A DNA stretch of 63,682 nt, the filler included, from Octopus bimaculoides (taxonomy: Eukaryota): assembly GCF_001194135.2 (NCBI RefSeq). It is 4 parts of 3 records of this genome, joined end to end, with 100 filler letters (N's around TTAATTAATTAA, not from the genome) between each part and the next. Parts side by side here need not be neighbours in the genome. Positions count along the whole stretch, not along the records: positions 28,421 to 56,337 come from NC_068990.1; 3 more parts are not named here. One strand, given 5' to 3'. The notes below the pieces were generated by a model that did not search any database, was not told the origin of the DNA, and saw only the letters and a program-made list of their open reading frames with translations. Of the stretch, positions 40,853 through 53,386 are shown in pieces. The translations under genes and the position numbers were made by a program. Every line of letters starts with the position of its first letter. The stretch's first letter is position 1.

Positions 40853-41285
40853 CTTTTCCACTCTAGGCACAAAGCCCGACATTTTTGGGAAGGCGGCCAG
40901 TTGATTAGATCGACCTCAGAACGCAACTGGTACTTAATTGATCAACCCCGAATGGATGAAAGGCAAAGTCGACCTCGACGGAATTTGAACTCAGAACCTA
41001 AAGACAGGCGAAATACCGCTAGGCATCTTGCCTGGCGTGTTAACGTGTCTTATTTCTTTATTGCCCACAGGGGGCTAAACATAGAGGGGACAAACAAGGA
41101 CAGACAAACGAATTAAGTCGATTACATCGACCCCAGTACGAACCTGGTACTTATTTAATCGACCCCGAAAGGATGAAAGGCAAAGTCGACCTCGGTGAAA
41201 TTTGAACTCAGAACGTAAAAACAGACGAAATACTGCTAAGCATTTCGCTCGGCATGCTAACGTTTCTGCCAGCTCGCTGCCTTGC
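40853..41285 (-). mobile_element. Head-to-tail dimer of SINE family B (tail type 2 copy, then tail type 1 copy) flanked by a 14-bp direct repeat
   Basis: CTGTGAGATATATT occurs at 40839-40852 and 41286-41299. The two SINE bodies lie at about 40853-41050 and 41051-41285. Confidence 0.9.
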
Positions 41286-43445
41286 CTGTGAGATATATTG
41301 CCTGTACTCTCTGGAAGTTCTGAGTTTTCTCTGTTTTTGATTAGCGAGTCTCGTGCCACATGGAGTCAAGTACATCCGGCTCAGTTGTTCCTTTTCATTT
41401 CGCTAACCTATATTACGGAAATCCCATTTCCGAATATCAATGCCCAAACTATCTTATCCTAAGCGTCAGCTTTCTATAATTTTGTTCCTCTATAAGTTCT
41501 TTTCTACAGTTGTCAAATTCATTGTTGTGACTGGCCGAGTGCTTCTCACCAGTCTCTGGACACTCATGAGAGCCATGCGCAAAGGCATTTCATTTAGACA
41601 TAGAATTGGCGGGAAAAAAGATAATATACTTACAAAATATAGTGGGTAATAAAAATAGCGAATATATGAAAGAAAGACACTTCACTATATATTATCAATA
41701 GAACCTGAAAAGGAAAGATGGCACGACGAGTGAAATTATAGTAGCTCGTCCCTCAGCGAGTAGACTTTTTTTTTATTCGATTGGTAGCGACACTTAATAA
41801 GATTTATATGTTTATTAATGTATACATGATAATTTCTATTACGAGAACTGATGCCATACAAATCAATTTGATCAAGAGCAAAATTAACTAAAGTAAATAA
41901 TGTTTGGAGGAGGAAGAAATATTGAAGAGAAAATATTTACAATATTTTGATGTTATTGCAAAATGTTGCAATAAGAATCAATATGGAAAATATCGTGTTA
42001 TCGTAGTAAAATATCCATTTATACATACAAAGGTTCTAAGTAAATGTGTATTTGTAGGCAGGAGGGAAAAAAAGCACAATCTACACTCACAAACCCAATC
42101 ATAAAACGCTCGAATGAGAATTCATAAAAATAAACAGATATAGAGAAAATGTTAAAGAAGTGAAGGGATACAAATAGCCAGCGATAAATATATAAAAGTC
42201 AGATATAGAAATCATTAATACTGAGAACTTATGGAAAACAACTGCGTTTTACATGCGATTTTATTGCTATATAAATTTGCATGAATATTTCATTCTAAAT
42301 AGACATTCATATATTTTATGCACGAAGCAGGATTAAATGTCTGAGGTGCTTAGACAGATCGTCTCCCTCTTTCTCTACGATATTGATTAGACTTATTCTT
42401 ACAAATGGATAAATTACTCGTGCATAGATTCTACGGAAACTGTGACAAAAAAATCAAATTAAATTCCTCATACGTCTTCTCTCTCCATCTCTTTCTCTCT
42501 CTTACAATATCATACACACAGCTATAAAGAAAAACAGATTTATAGACAGAAACACACATTTACATATATACTTATACACATGTATACAGCTTACCACCCA
42601 CACTTAAACGTAAATTTATTCCATTATTCTTATTGAGTATTTTGCCTTTTAGACTGCGGCCGTCCGTAGCAAACAACACTTTATAGAGATGTCCACAGAG
42701 ATATTAAAAATCAAGAGATACATGATCGGAAGCTTTTTAAGTGAAGAAATGTCATGCACAGTACAAATTCTACTCGCTCAACATTTACCCGCCCCATATT
42801 AACAACTACTCTACATTATTTGAGGCTTCTAACTTCCAACTATTGCATGGCTGTCACCACCACTACTTGAATTCATCCGATTTGTAACAGATTTTATATT
42901 TACTCCTGCAGTGTGTATAATGAAAATCACCACCCCTTTATAAAATAGATTTGTAGGCTTAGTCAGCGGCGGTCTAGTCATGTATATTACATCTGCATAA
43001 ATACATCTATCTGTTCAATCAGCAATATTTCTACAAATGAAAGAGCGTATAAGCAGTTGCACATGCCACGAGACCAGGCTCTTGGTAATTATTTATATTA
43101 GCCATATGTTAGAGGGCAATATCATAGTTTAGGATTACACACATACGCCACACAAATACACGTACAAACGCCACACAAACACACGCACTCACACACACAC
43201 ACACACACACACACATATTTGCATATTTCTTTCATATATAACATACAACAGTTTCTTATGTAAAATGTAAGTTGAGTGCTTGCGTATCACCCAATGGCTT
43301 CAAACAAGAAGCGCTATATATTTGAAAGGAAATTTACATTTATGTATATACACAGAAAAACTTGTACATCCTGTCGTCTGCTTGAGGATGCCGATGGCCG
43401 ATGTGTTTACAATATATTGCTAGCTGGAGCGGCATCGGACCATGC

Positions 43446-43494
43446 TCGCGACTGAAGATGAGCAAACGAACTCGAAACAGAGTCAATCTCGCAA
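43446..43494 (+). ncRNA. Hammerhead ribozyme motif with offset stem I
   Basis: TCGCGA-CTGAAGA-T-GAG-CAAACGAA-CTC-GAAAC-AGA-GT-C-AATC-TCGCAA. The core is complete, stem II is GAG/CTC and the cleavage triplet is GUC. Confidence 0.55.
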
Positions 43495-43741
43495 TCCTGT
43501 CGTCTGCTGAAAGATGGGGGACATAGCTTTCGCAAGCCAGGAAGAGTCGAAACTGACATTTCAGAGTCCTTCGCTTTGAAACCAAAAGAGTTTTACATTG
43601 ATGGGATTAAAAACTTGTAATTAGATGGAAGGAAGTCATAGATAATCATCGAAAGTACATTGATGATTAAATTTCAATTAAATAATACATTTGATCAATT
43701 GTTTACTTTATTCAAAATTCGGACAGAACTTATGGGATGAC

Positions 43742-43792
<51 letters not shown>

Positions 43793-44586
43793 TCATACCA
43801 ATATATGTGAGTGTATGTGTGTGTGCCTCTGTCTGTGCATGTCTGCCCTTTTGAGTGTGTACGCATATGTATATATGTATGTAAATCTATGTATGGCTTT
43901 TACGTGACATTAATTAATAGCGGCGTTCGTGTTATTTTGTATAACAACATAACATCATATATATAAGCCAAGCTGGAATCATATAAGCCCCAATCTCTTA
44001 AAAAGATCCAGGCCTTGTGCCTATTGTAGAAAGGATTATGTATAATTTATACTAAAAAAAAACTTCATGAAAGAAAGGATGTGAAATGTCTATGCTTATG
44101 CGAATTTATTTACTCAGGCAATCATACTATATACTTATACTTCGACATTTCCTTAAAACAAGACGTAAATGCATCTATTATGCGGACACAATATTTATTC
44201 GTTAAGCATTGTATTCTTTACATATCTATTATGTATCTTTTATGTCAGTTCATTGTAATGTAAAAGGCAGAATTTTCATTCTCCGACATTACGAACTATT
44301 GTGCGGATTCTTGTTTATATAAAGAGCCCCAGCAGAAGTTATATTAACATATTAAGAATGTTAATGAACATTAGGTAAGCATTGTGGAGCAATTTCTATA
44401 CAGAAACAATGCGTATATGTCTATCTTTCTGTCTGTATCTATGTCTGTGCGTTTAGATAGATAGGTATATATATATATATATATATATATNNNNNNNNNN
44501 NNNNNNNNNNNNNNNNNNNNNNNNNNNNNNNNNNNNNNNNNNNNNNNNNNNNNNNNNNNNNNNNNNNNNNNNNNNNNNNNNNNNNN

Positions 44587-44646
44587 ATATATAGTGAGAG
44601 AAAGAGAGAGAGAGAGCGAGAGAGAGAGAGAGAGATAGAGAGAGGG

Positions 44647-44696
<50 letters not shown>

Positions 44697-44800
44697 AAGT
44701 TAGGTAGGTAGGTGGGTAGGTAGGTAGGTGGGTAGGTAGGTAGGTAGGTAAGTAGGTAGGTAGGTAGGTAGGTAAGTACATAGTTAGAGAGAGGGGAGAG
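44587..44800. repeat. Compound (GA)n-(GATA)n-(GGTA)n microsatellite
   Basis: Directly visible. It explains the PTYL/SIYL ORFs. Confidence 0.97.
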
Positions 44801-45554
44801 AGACAAGGAGAGTGGGAATGTAGATATAGATTTTTACGGAATGGATTACTAAACATATATAATGTCTTCGTTCAATTAACTTTATTCACATTGTCAACTC
44901 TGCTCGCTTGGTGATTGTAAAGTAATGTTGCACAACGGCTGAATCTTACAACGCACGCATCTCCAGATTTTCTCTACCATCAAACTGGCTTGCTTTAACG
45001 TTGATAAAATCATAAGAAGGTACTTCAGCATTGGTCAACAAGCTGAATCTTTTTTTACAAATTCATTTCAGTATGATTTATTAGGCGTCACTTTAAACGC
45101 GTTAGTCTTTCGTCGTATAATTTTCACCTACGCGCGCGCGCACCCCCCACACACACATACACACACACACATATATATATGTATGTAAGTATATTGATAT
45201 GTGTATGTGAATTTATGTACGACTGTTACGTTGCATTAAGTATTCCGTGCGAAAAATTAAAACTTATGTGAAATGGATTACAAGGGGATTCGTATCATAT
45301 TACATAACATTATATAACACCATATATGTATCCAAACAAGGTTCATATATGGTCTTTATGGTCTTCAACGAATACATTGAAATGGAGTTGAACTGCATGT
45401 GCCATGTGTGAATTACATTGGAAATATAAATAAAAAATATTATTGCACTTATATATCTGCCAACAAATATATTACCCAAGGGCACTTATTCTGTGTCATG
45501 GTGAACTCTCTTTGTCAACAAGTGTAATAAATCCTGCAGACCTTTCTAAGAACA

Positions 45555-45601
<47 letters not shown>

Positions 45602-45617
45602 TCTCTCTCTCTTTCTT

Positions 45618-45656
<39 letters not shown>

Positions 45657-48600
45657 TTCTCTCTCAATTGGATTATGTAGTTCAGTAATGCTTAACAGTT
45701 TTTCACAGAAGAGTAAGTAATGTCCGTATATAAAGATCAAAACCAAAGTAAAAATGTATTAATCTAGATATCTTACACGTCAATCGAATTAAAACGATGC
45801 CGAACAAACTTTCTCCGGTGTTGGCCGCAAATGCCATGCCTTAACCATACGCAAGTTCAATGACATGTTAAGTATACAGGTTACATGTACTAAAGGATTT
45901 TCAGTTTTTGATTACAGCAAAATCCATACTAGTCAGCAGTTTCTGTGCATCAGTGCCTTACATTTCATGTATAACACATAATTACTCGGCATTCATCGTA
46001 ACTACTTTCACTATTAATTCCCCTATCTCTGTCTCTTTGAATGAAGCTATTTACATTCGTATCTATGTTAATGCATTCAGGGGCTTTGAACATAAGTATA
46101 AACACTTCTAATTGATGCTATTCACAGTCATTTGACGTGGCTCACGGCGTTCTTATTGATATATAATCGGATACAAAATAAAGTCTATTGTTCTCATGAA
46201 TTAAATGAGATGAAAGAAGATAAGATTTTCTACATGAAATATGATTGCAACGTTGAAAGTAAGCGAAACAGGATTGTAATCGCTCGTTTTATGCCCATTT
46301 TCCAGTTTTATACTATAATTATGTACCGTCGAAATGAACTGTTCCCATGCTACATACGACAATACTTTTATGTAATCTCCGAGTTTTACATCATCTGTCA
46401 CAACTGTATTTTGAGGGTTAATTCACTCCTCGGTGAGGCACCCCACATGACTCTCAGATTCACTTTATCAGAGTGTACCTTCTTGCAAGATTTCGGATCA
46501 GACTATAGTTTGGTGATAGTTAGGAGCGCTACTCAATCATACATTTAATTGATTGCTTTCCCTTTACGTAAAAATATCACAAATGATTGAAAAATTTGCC
46601 ATTAATTGCAGAGAGAAGAAACCCGAAAGAAGTCTCATATAAACATAACTTTATTGTGCGTCAAAGCTTCATGATATCTTCTACTGTAAAGCATCTCGTC
46701 AAAAACAAGCTTGACAGGAATAAAAATTACGGATGAGATCGAATAAAATTGAAACATATTTATGACTGCCAGCCTCACTTACCTCAAGTATCAGATGTGT
46801 AACGAAGCATGGAAATTCTTTGTAAGAAATTCTTAGTTTCTTAAAATTAGCTGCATGTTCCTTTCACAATGATATCAAGTATCACTAGATTAACGTTTAC
46901 TATCTCCACTCAAAATGGAGGTTTCAATCAATTAACATCAGTACCCACTTGAAATCTCTGGGATAGTAACTGGATTTTGAGATTGTAACTGAATTTCTCA
47001 GGGAATATTTTCCGTAACACATTTTAAGAGTATAAATGTATATTTATCAGTTGCCTTGGAAAGTTCTTTTAGGTTATCACAAAATGCATTCCTTCTCATT
47101 TATTCTGATCACAATACGTCGCAATCAATTAAGTAGGTAACTGGGATTCACTCGAATTCATCAAGTTAATTAATATTTTTGCTTCCAAGCTAGAATATTT
47201 GACCTCTAATGAAACTCTTTATTTATCACTATTATATCTATGTACGTCGAAAATTCTCAGGGAAAGATATTAATGTCACAGTTTTAGTTTGCTATCCACC
47301 AAATTTGTTTTATTTGTATCGTAAATCAATAACTAGAATCGTCAACGAGAAAACTAAATGGAGATATTTTCGAACTACCCAAAAATATCACAATCAGTAA
47401 AAATTGTTATTCAAATATTTGAGATTGAAATAAATAAGAAGAGAAGCAACAGCTTTCAAATTCTGAGTTACATTGATGATATATGTAATACAATTACGAA
47501 CAAGAAATCTAACATAAATATATTGTAATTTTAAATCAGAGTTCAACTCTTCTATTTCTTAACAAAAATGTTCTTTGAGAAATATCTCAATTGATTTCCA
47601 TACACATTAGAAAGGAAACTATTACAACAATACAGAACAAAATGTTGATTGCATTTTCACTTCCTTTGGTGGAGCTGTTAATACAAGTATTGTGTTGATA
47701 TAAAAATCAAAATTTTGTTTCATATAGCCTAACAATAAATGTCTCTAAAAATGAAACTCTAAGATGAAAAGCGTAACTGGTAAAAAGGCAATATTGTGTG
47801 TGTATATTTATATATATATATGTGTATGCGTGAGTGTGTTTGCGGATGTGTTGTCGACATATGATTATTGTAAATTTTATATATTAAACAAATATATGTT
47901 CGTATTAAAATTTTGATACACTGTTCAACAGAAATGTAAATAAAAGAAGATTATACAGATGTTAAACATGTTGATAATTCTTTCTCACAGGATTCAATAA
48001 AAGAACTGACCTATCATTTTTGTGAAATTACTTTTGTGTGTTTAAATATCTAAATACATTATTCCAATCATTTGTATAAGTAATCATTGAAATGTAGATA
48101 GAAATAAATATAAAAATTATGAAATCACTAGAAAACTATAATAAGAGTGCTCATTAAAACTTTCATTCGTAAATCGAGTATAATGGTAGAAAGAGTTGCA
48201 TAACATTCCTTCCCAAAGAGGCGTATATTTTCTGGTGGCTTTCAATTTCATATCATTATACTTATATGAAATAAACGGAAATGAATTACACATAATACTT
48301 GAACATATTTTTAAGAGCATGGTTTACAGTTTTTTTTATGTGTATGTCGAAAATTCGATATTACGTTTAAAATTGGAATAGAGATGATCTTCGGGATCCA
48401 AATAGCAAATGAATATGTATGAACAAGGCTGAATTGTAGTCAATCCTCTTGATAAACATGAAGATCTGAGCCAAAATAATTTGTATAGATTCATTTCAAT
48501 CACATCCAATGTATTATAGCAGGGGACCTTTAAGTATTCAAAAGGATATGTATTCAGAATAGTCAAAATCTAAACAAGAGCAACAATATTAGTCTGGCTC

Positions 48601-50244
48601 TTTGCCGATTATGATAGTCAACTGTTTGTCAATAGTTGAACGTAATCTTGAACTGAGAAGCACGATGTTAAGAATAAGAAGCATTTCAAGATTAGTTATA
48701 AAGTTTAATCATACGCACGAATCATTTCAAAAGTAGAATATCAGAACTGGGGGATACCACAAAAGTGTATTAATATGAAACATTAAATAAATGTAAACAA
48801 TTTATAACTGCAGCTGTTTTAAATTTCAAGCGCTGAGTTTGGAAACAATTCCTAACAGTAATCGTATAAAAAACAAATGTTTTTGTGTAATTAATCGAGA
48901 ATAATTTTGAAAACCTTGGTATTCCCAAAATATTATTTCCTTTGAACAAGGCACAAGTTTTTAAATTATTATTTTAGAGTGAATTCTAATTCTAAAACCA
49001 GCTACTTTATTTTTCTTTAAACTCACGAATCTTGCTAATTTAGAAAGCCACTTCTTGTTTCAGTAGAAACTCATAGTCGAAATATTAAGCAATTTCTGAA
49101 ATATGAAGAAAACGAAAAGAAAAGCCTTCACCAAAACAATTAATTTCAGATATGCAGGGAAGTTGTTAATATCGCAAAATACTTTTAAATGTTGACAACG
49201 AGTTTAAAAGGAATTTGTTTTGCTGATCTCAGTATTTTATTGAATGTCAAATATTTCTCTCATAGCAATGGATATAGTATATCCTGCGTGATACTAGTAT
49301 AAGCTCTGGATAATTGATCGACTCTTTATTGATTCACTGAGTTTAAACTACATATAAAAAATATATAAAATATGCTTATTGTAGATTTTGTATATATTTT
49401 GAGAAAATATTGAAAAATATGTCTTATATAATAGGCAGTTTCAGAGACATTAGAGAACTTCAGTATGTTTTCTAAAATAAAAGAGTATTTTTAATTCTAG
49501 TGAAACCGAGCAAAATATTGCGATGCTTCATTCTTTCCCACTAACAATAAAACATCAAATAAAATTAAATTTTTACACCTACAAAATAGAGATCAAAGTT
49601 ATTTAGAATATACAGGTGCATACAATAGGAGGGAACAAAAATATTTTGTTAAAAATTTTATACAACGATACAAGAGAAATTATACATTTTGATAAAGAAT
49701 AGGCGATTCACCCATAGATTATGCTTCCATGAAACTTATATCTTGATCAAAAGCAAAATCTCCAATACCAGTGTGATATAGCTAGAAGTGTATGGTTTAT
49801 AATATTGATTGTAGTTTCGGCGAATGAGCATTCCAGTTATTTGATATTATGAATTACCTAGAAATTGGAAGAGAAAGAGTACTCTTAATGCAAATTTCAG
49901 ATAGAACCAGAAGAACTCTGTGTGTGATGGTGTCGCGCTACAGAAATATTGGTAGACCCTTCCCCACGAACTTACGCAACGAAAAGGAAGCGTGGAAAGA
50001 TGTTTATTTAGGCGGTGGTGAAGGTAGAGGAGGAAGGATTTGTAATTAGGTATGCTGGAAAAAAGGAGATAAAAGAGGATGGGAAAAGGAGAAAAAAGGA
50101 GAAAAAGGGAGGAAAAGTAAAAGAGGAACAAATTGAAAAGGAGAAAAAAAGGAAGAGAAGAAAAACGAAGAAAAGGAGAAAAATGGGAAAAGTAAAAAGG
50201 AGAGAGAAGGGAAAAGTATTAACGTACATTTCAGGAAATATAAA

Positions 50245-50590
50245 GTATAAAAGTTGTGGTAGATTGGAGCAATTTACATCAACCAAAAACTCCAGAGAAA
50301 TCCGTGAAAATAGAGTCAGTAGATCCAGAGGTGCGATCAAATCTGGCGAGCTCGGGTAAGAGTGACATTCACAAGGGTGGAGGGGTATCTGCGACGAGTG
50401 AACAGATGGGACAGGTATTGAAAGAAAGTCTCGAAATTATGATCATGACAGCACAGACGCCAGAGACTCTGGAGCTGGGAAAATAGGATGTCCCATTCGG
50501 TTTGGGCGGAGTGAGTGTAGGAAAGATCGAGAGTGGGGTGGGACTTAATAACTTTTAAGAAGGTGGAAGCAGTGAAAGAGATTATCAATA
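50245..50590 (-). mobile_element. Penelope-like element (PLE) reverse-transcriptase C-terminal/thumb fragment
   Basis: ORF 50337-50588 reads KSHPTLDLSYTHSAQTEWDILFSQLQSLWRLCCHDHNFETFFQYLSHLFTRRRYPSTLVNVTLTRARQI. This resembles the PLE motif series KPTDSH.YL..SSSH...IPFSQ.LR.RR.CS...F..RGYP. Confidence 0.7.
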
Positions 50591-50763
50591 ATAGAGAGAG
50601 AGGGAGGAGAGAGAGGAGAGAGAGAGAGGAGTAGAGAGAAAGATAGGGAGAGAAAGGGAGATGTTCAGAAAGTGAAATCCTTTTGATAATGATTTATAGT
50701 ATCGATATATAATTGTAAGATCCGAGTATCTAAGTGTAGGAAGTTTGCAGTCCGTGATAGATA

Positions 50764-51975
50764 TCAGGCTGAGTAAAAAGTAAGCAACGTTTTAAACCAA
50801 GAAGAATTGGTACTGGATTTTTTCAGTTTTGATTTTTTAAAAACATTCTTTTGAAATTCTCTGATAATACAGACCTAAACTTGCCCAAATGCTTCAAGCG
50901 TTGATATTTTTTCCTCGTGGTTACAATCATCTCAAATGGAACTGTCAAAGCGCAATGTTCGAGCAATTCTGCTATTTAACTTCAAAAAAGGACGGAAAGC
51001 AGCTGAGACTGCTCGCGATATCAACTGTGGTCAGTTCGAAAACAGTTTAAACGATTTCGCAGTGGATACTTGAGCCTCGAAGATCGTGAGCGAAATGGAT
51101 GCCCACCTGTCATCGATGATGGTTAATTAAAGACCGTCGTTGAGAAAGATTCCCGTAAGACCGCACGAGAACTGGCAAAAGAACTTTAGGTTAGCCAGAA
51201 AACTGCGTGAAACTATTTGTATATGATCGAAAAATCAAAAAAAAAAAAAAAATGGGTACCACACAATTTGAATGAAAATCAGAAAATGCGCAGATATGAA
51301 ATTTGCTCATCACTTCTCTGTAATCATACTGATCCATTTCTCGACTGTATTGTAACCTGCGATCGATGAAGTGTAGATTATGTACAATAAAAAAAAAGTT
51401 CTTCGCAGTGTTTGGAACAAAACGAAGCACCGAAAACCTTCCCTCAACCCGAGCTCTTCAAGAAGAACGTTATGGTAACTGTTTGATGGTGTACTGCTGG
51501 ACTCTTCCACTAAAACTTCTTAAAACCCGGAAAAACCATTACGGCAGAAATATATTGCCATGAAATTGTCAAAATGAACGGAAAACTGCTACCCGTCCGT
51601 ACAGACTGGTCAACAGAAGAGTGCCAATCATTCTTCATGACAATACTCGCCCACACGTTTCACTAATGACACTCCAGAATTTGAGTGAACTTCGCTACGA
51701 AGTTCTTCCCACCCAGCGTATCCCCCTAACCTTTCTCCTTGATGGTTTCCTGTGAGAGAAGTTAAACACTCAAACCGATACTGACAGTGCCTTCAAAGAG
51801 TTTATCAGCTCCAGAACTCCAGATATTTATGTTATCGGAATAAACAAACTTATAACGCGTTGGCCACAATGTGTTGATTGTAATAGTACTTTTATGTATA
51901 ATATTTCCGCATAGCTGAAATATATTATGATAAATTTCATGTTTCAAAACGTTGCTTGCATTTTACTCAGCATGA
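50764..51975 (+). mobile_element. Mariner (Hsmar1/cecropia-like) DNA transposon, near full length, pseudogenised
   Basis: TA-flanked TIRs TCAGGCTGAGTAAAAAGTAAGCAACGTTTT and AAAACGTTGCTTGCATTTTACTCAGCATGA. From ATG 50936 it reads MELSKRNVRAILLFNFKKGRKAAETARDIN, followed by WVPHNLNENQK, IVTCD, LHDNTRPHV and GINKLITRWPQCVDCN. It has multiple stops, frameshifts and deletions. Confidence 0.95.
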
Positions 51976-52233
51976 TATAAGAAAAAAAAAAACAACAACG
52001 TTCAGGAACAATGATACTTTACTGGGATTAATGTTTGTTGTCTTTTCCCACGTCGAAGTGCGATAAGAGGAAAAAGATTAAGTATAGATCACTGTTAGCA
52101 GCTAGAAATGCTATCAATGTGAATAAAAATCCAAATCGAGGGACTCGAACAATGAAAAAAAGGCTAGATATAATTCCTAGCTAGCAAATCTATATATATG
52201 ATATATATAGATATATGCAAATATATACATACA

Positions 52234-52293
<60 letters not shown>

Positions 52294-52494
52294 NNNNNNN
52301 NNNNNNNNNNNNNNNNNNNNNNNNNNNNNNNNNATATATATATATATATATATATATGGGCTTCTCAAACAAAATTTCTCTCACCATTTCACTTCAATTT
52401 CTAAACATTTGGTCATCATTTTATCTCTGTTATTTCATGATTAGCATTTCTCTAGCATCCCGTCACTGTTTGCGATATTGCATTCTCATCACGT

Positions 52495-52536
<42 letters not shown>

Positions 52537-52710
52537 GTTCATCTCACTTATATGCATTAATTCATTCTTTCTTCCATCCTTACGTTAGCCCCACATCCTG
52601 AGAGAATGTCTCCCCTGTTAGATGACTTCTCTTTATTTCTCTCAAATATTTCCTATTCCCTGAAGCTCTCACATAGTTATTTGTCAATCTAATCCATCTG
52701 CTTTTGAATA

Positions 52711-52745
<35 letters not shown>

Positions 52746-53084
52746 AAAAAAATGTCGTCACTCTACTAAGCAGAGTCACTACCGACTCCTTTCGCATCAA
52801 TTATTTTACACGTTAACTGTTATCCCTACTGTCTACTGCAGTGCTTTATCTTTGTTCTTTCTTCTCATATACGCTCTATTTCTTCCTTTGCTACTTCCTC
52901 AATCTCTTCTTTTTCTTCCCTCTATATATTTCAAGGCCTGCTGATGACAGCTGGCTATTTATGTCTGCTTTCATTGTTGTTTCAAACATTTCTCTTTTGA
53001 GATACCTACGGTCAGACATGGAGAAGAAATAGAACATACAAAATATGGAGACGTGACGTGTCTATTTATAAGTTATATATATAT

Positions 53085-53190
53085 CAGCTCTTCGAAACGC
53101 CAGTGTTAAAACGGGGGTAGCTGATGAAGTAGAATGTTCTCTATGTGGCTTGTGTGTTTTCTCGTCTCTGTTTTGTTTGCAATGTCCTGT
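53085..53190 (+). mobile_element. Short PLE-LTR-like repeat with separated hammerhead boxes
   Basis: CTCTTCGAAACGCCAG at 53088-53103 and CTGATGAAG at 53121-53129, followed by GGCTTGTGTGTTTTCTCGTCTCTGTTTTGTTTG. It lies between microsatellite-rich tracts. Confidence 0.4.
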
Positions 53191-53273
53191 ACCCAGATAT
53201 GCACCTATACATACAGGTGGATGTCGGTATGCACATACCTGTACGTATATATGCATATACTCATTTACTATTT

Positions 53274-53340
<67 letters not shown>

Positions 53341-53343
53341 CGC

Positions 53344-53386
<43 letters not shown>

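Noticed and set aside
46132-46548. 138-aa plus-strand ORF, the longest in non-repetitive DNA
   Set aside because: It has a TTG start, a Y/I/F/C-rich composition typical of AT-rich noncoding DNA, and no recognisable domain.
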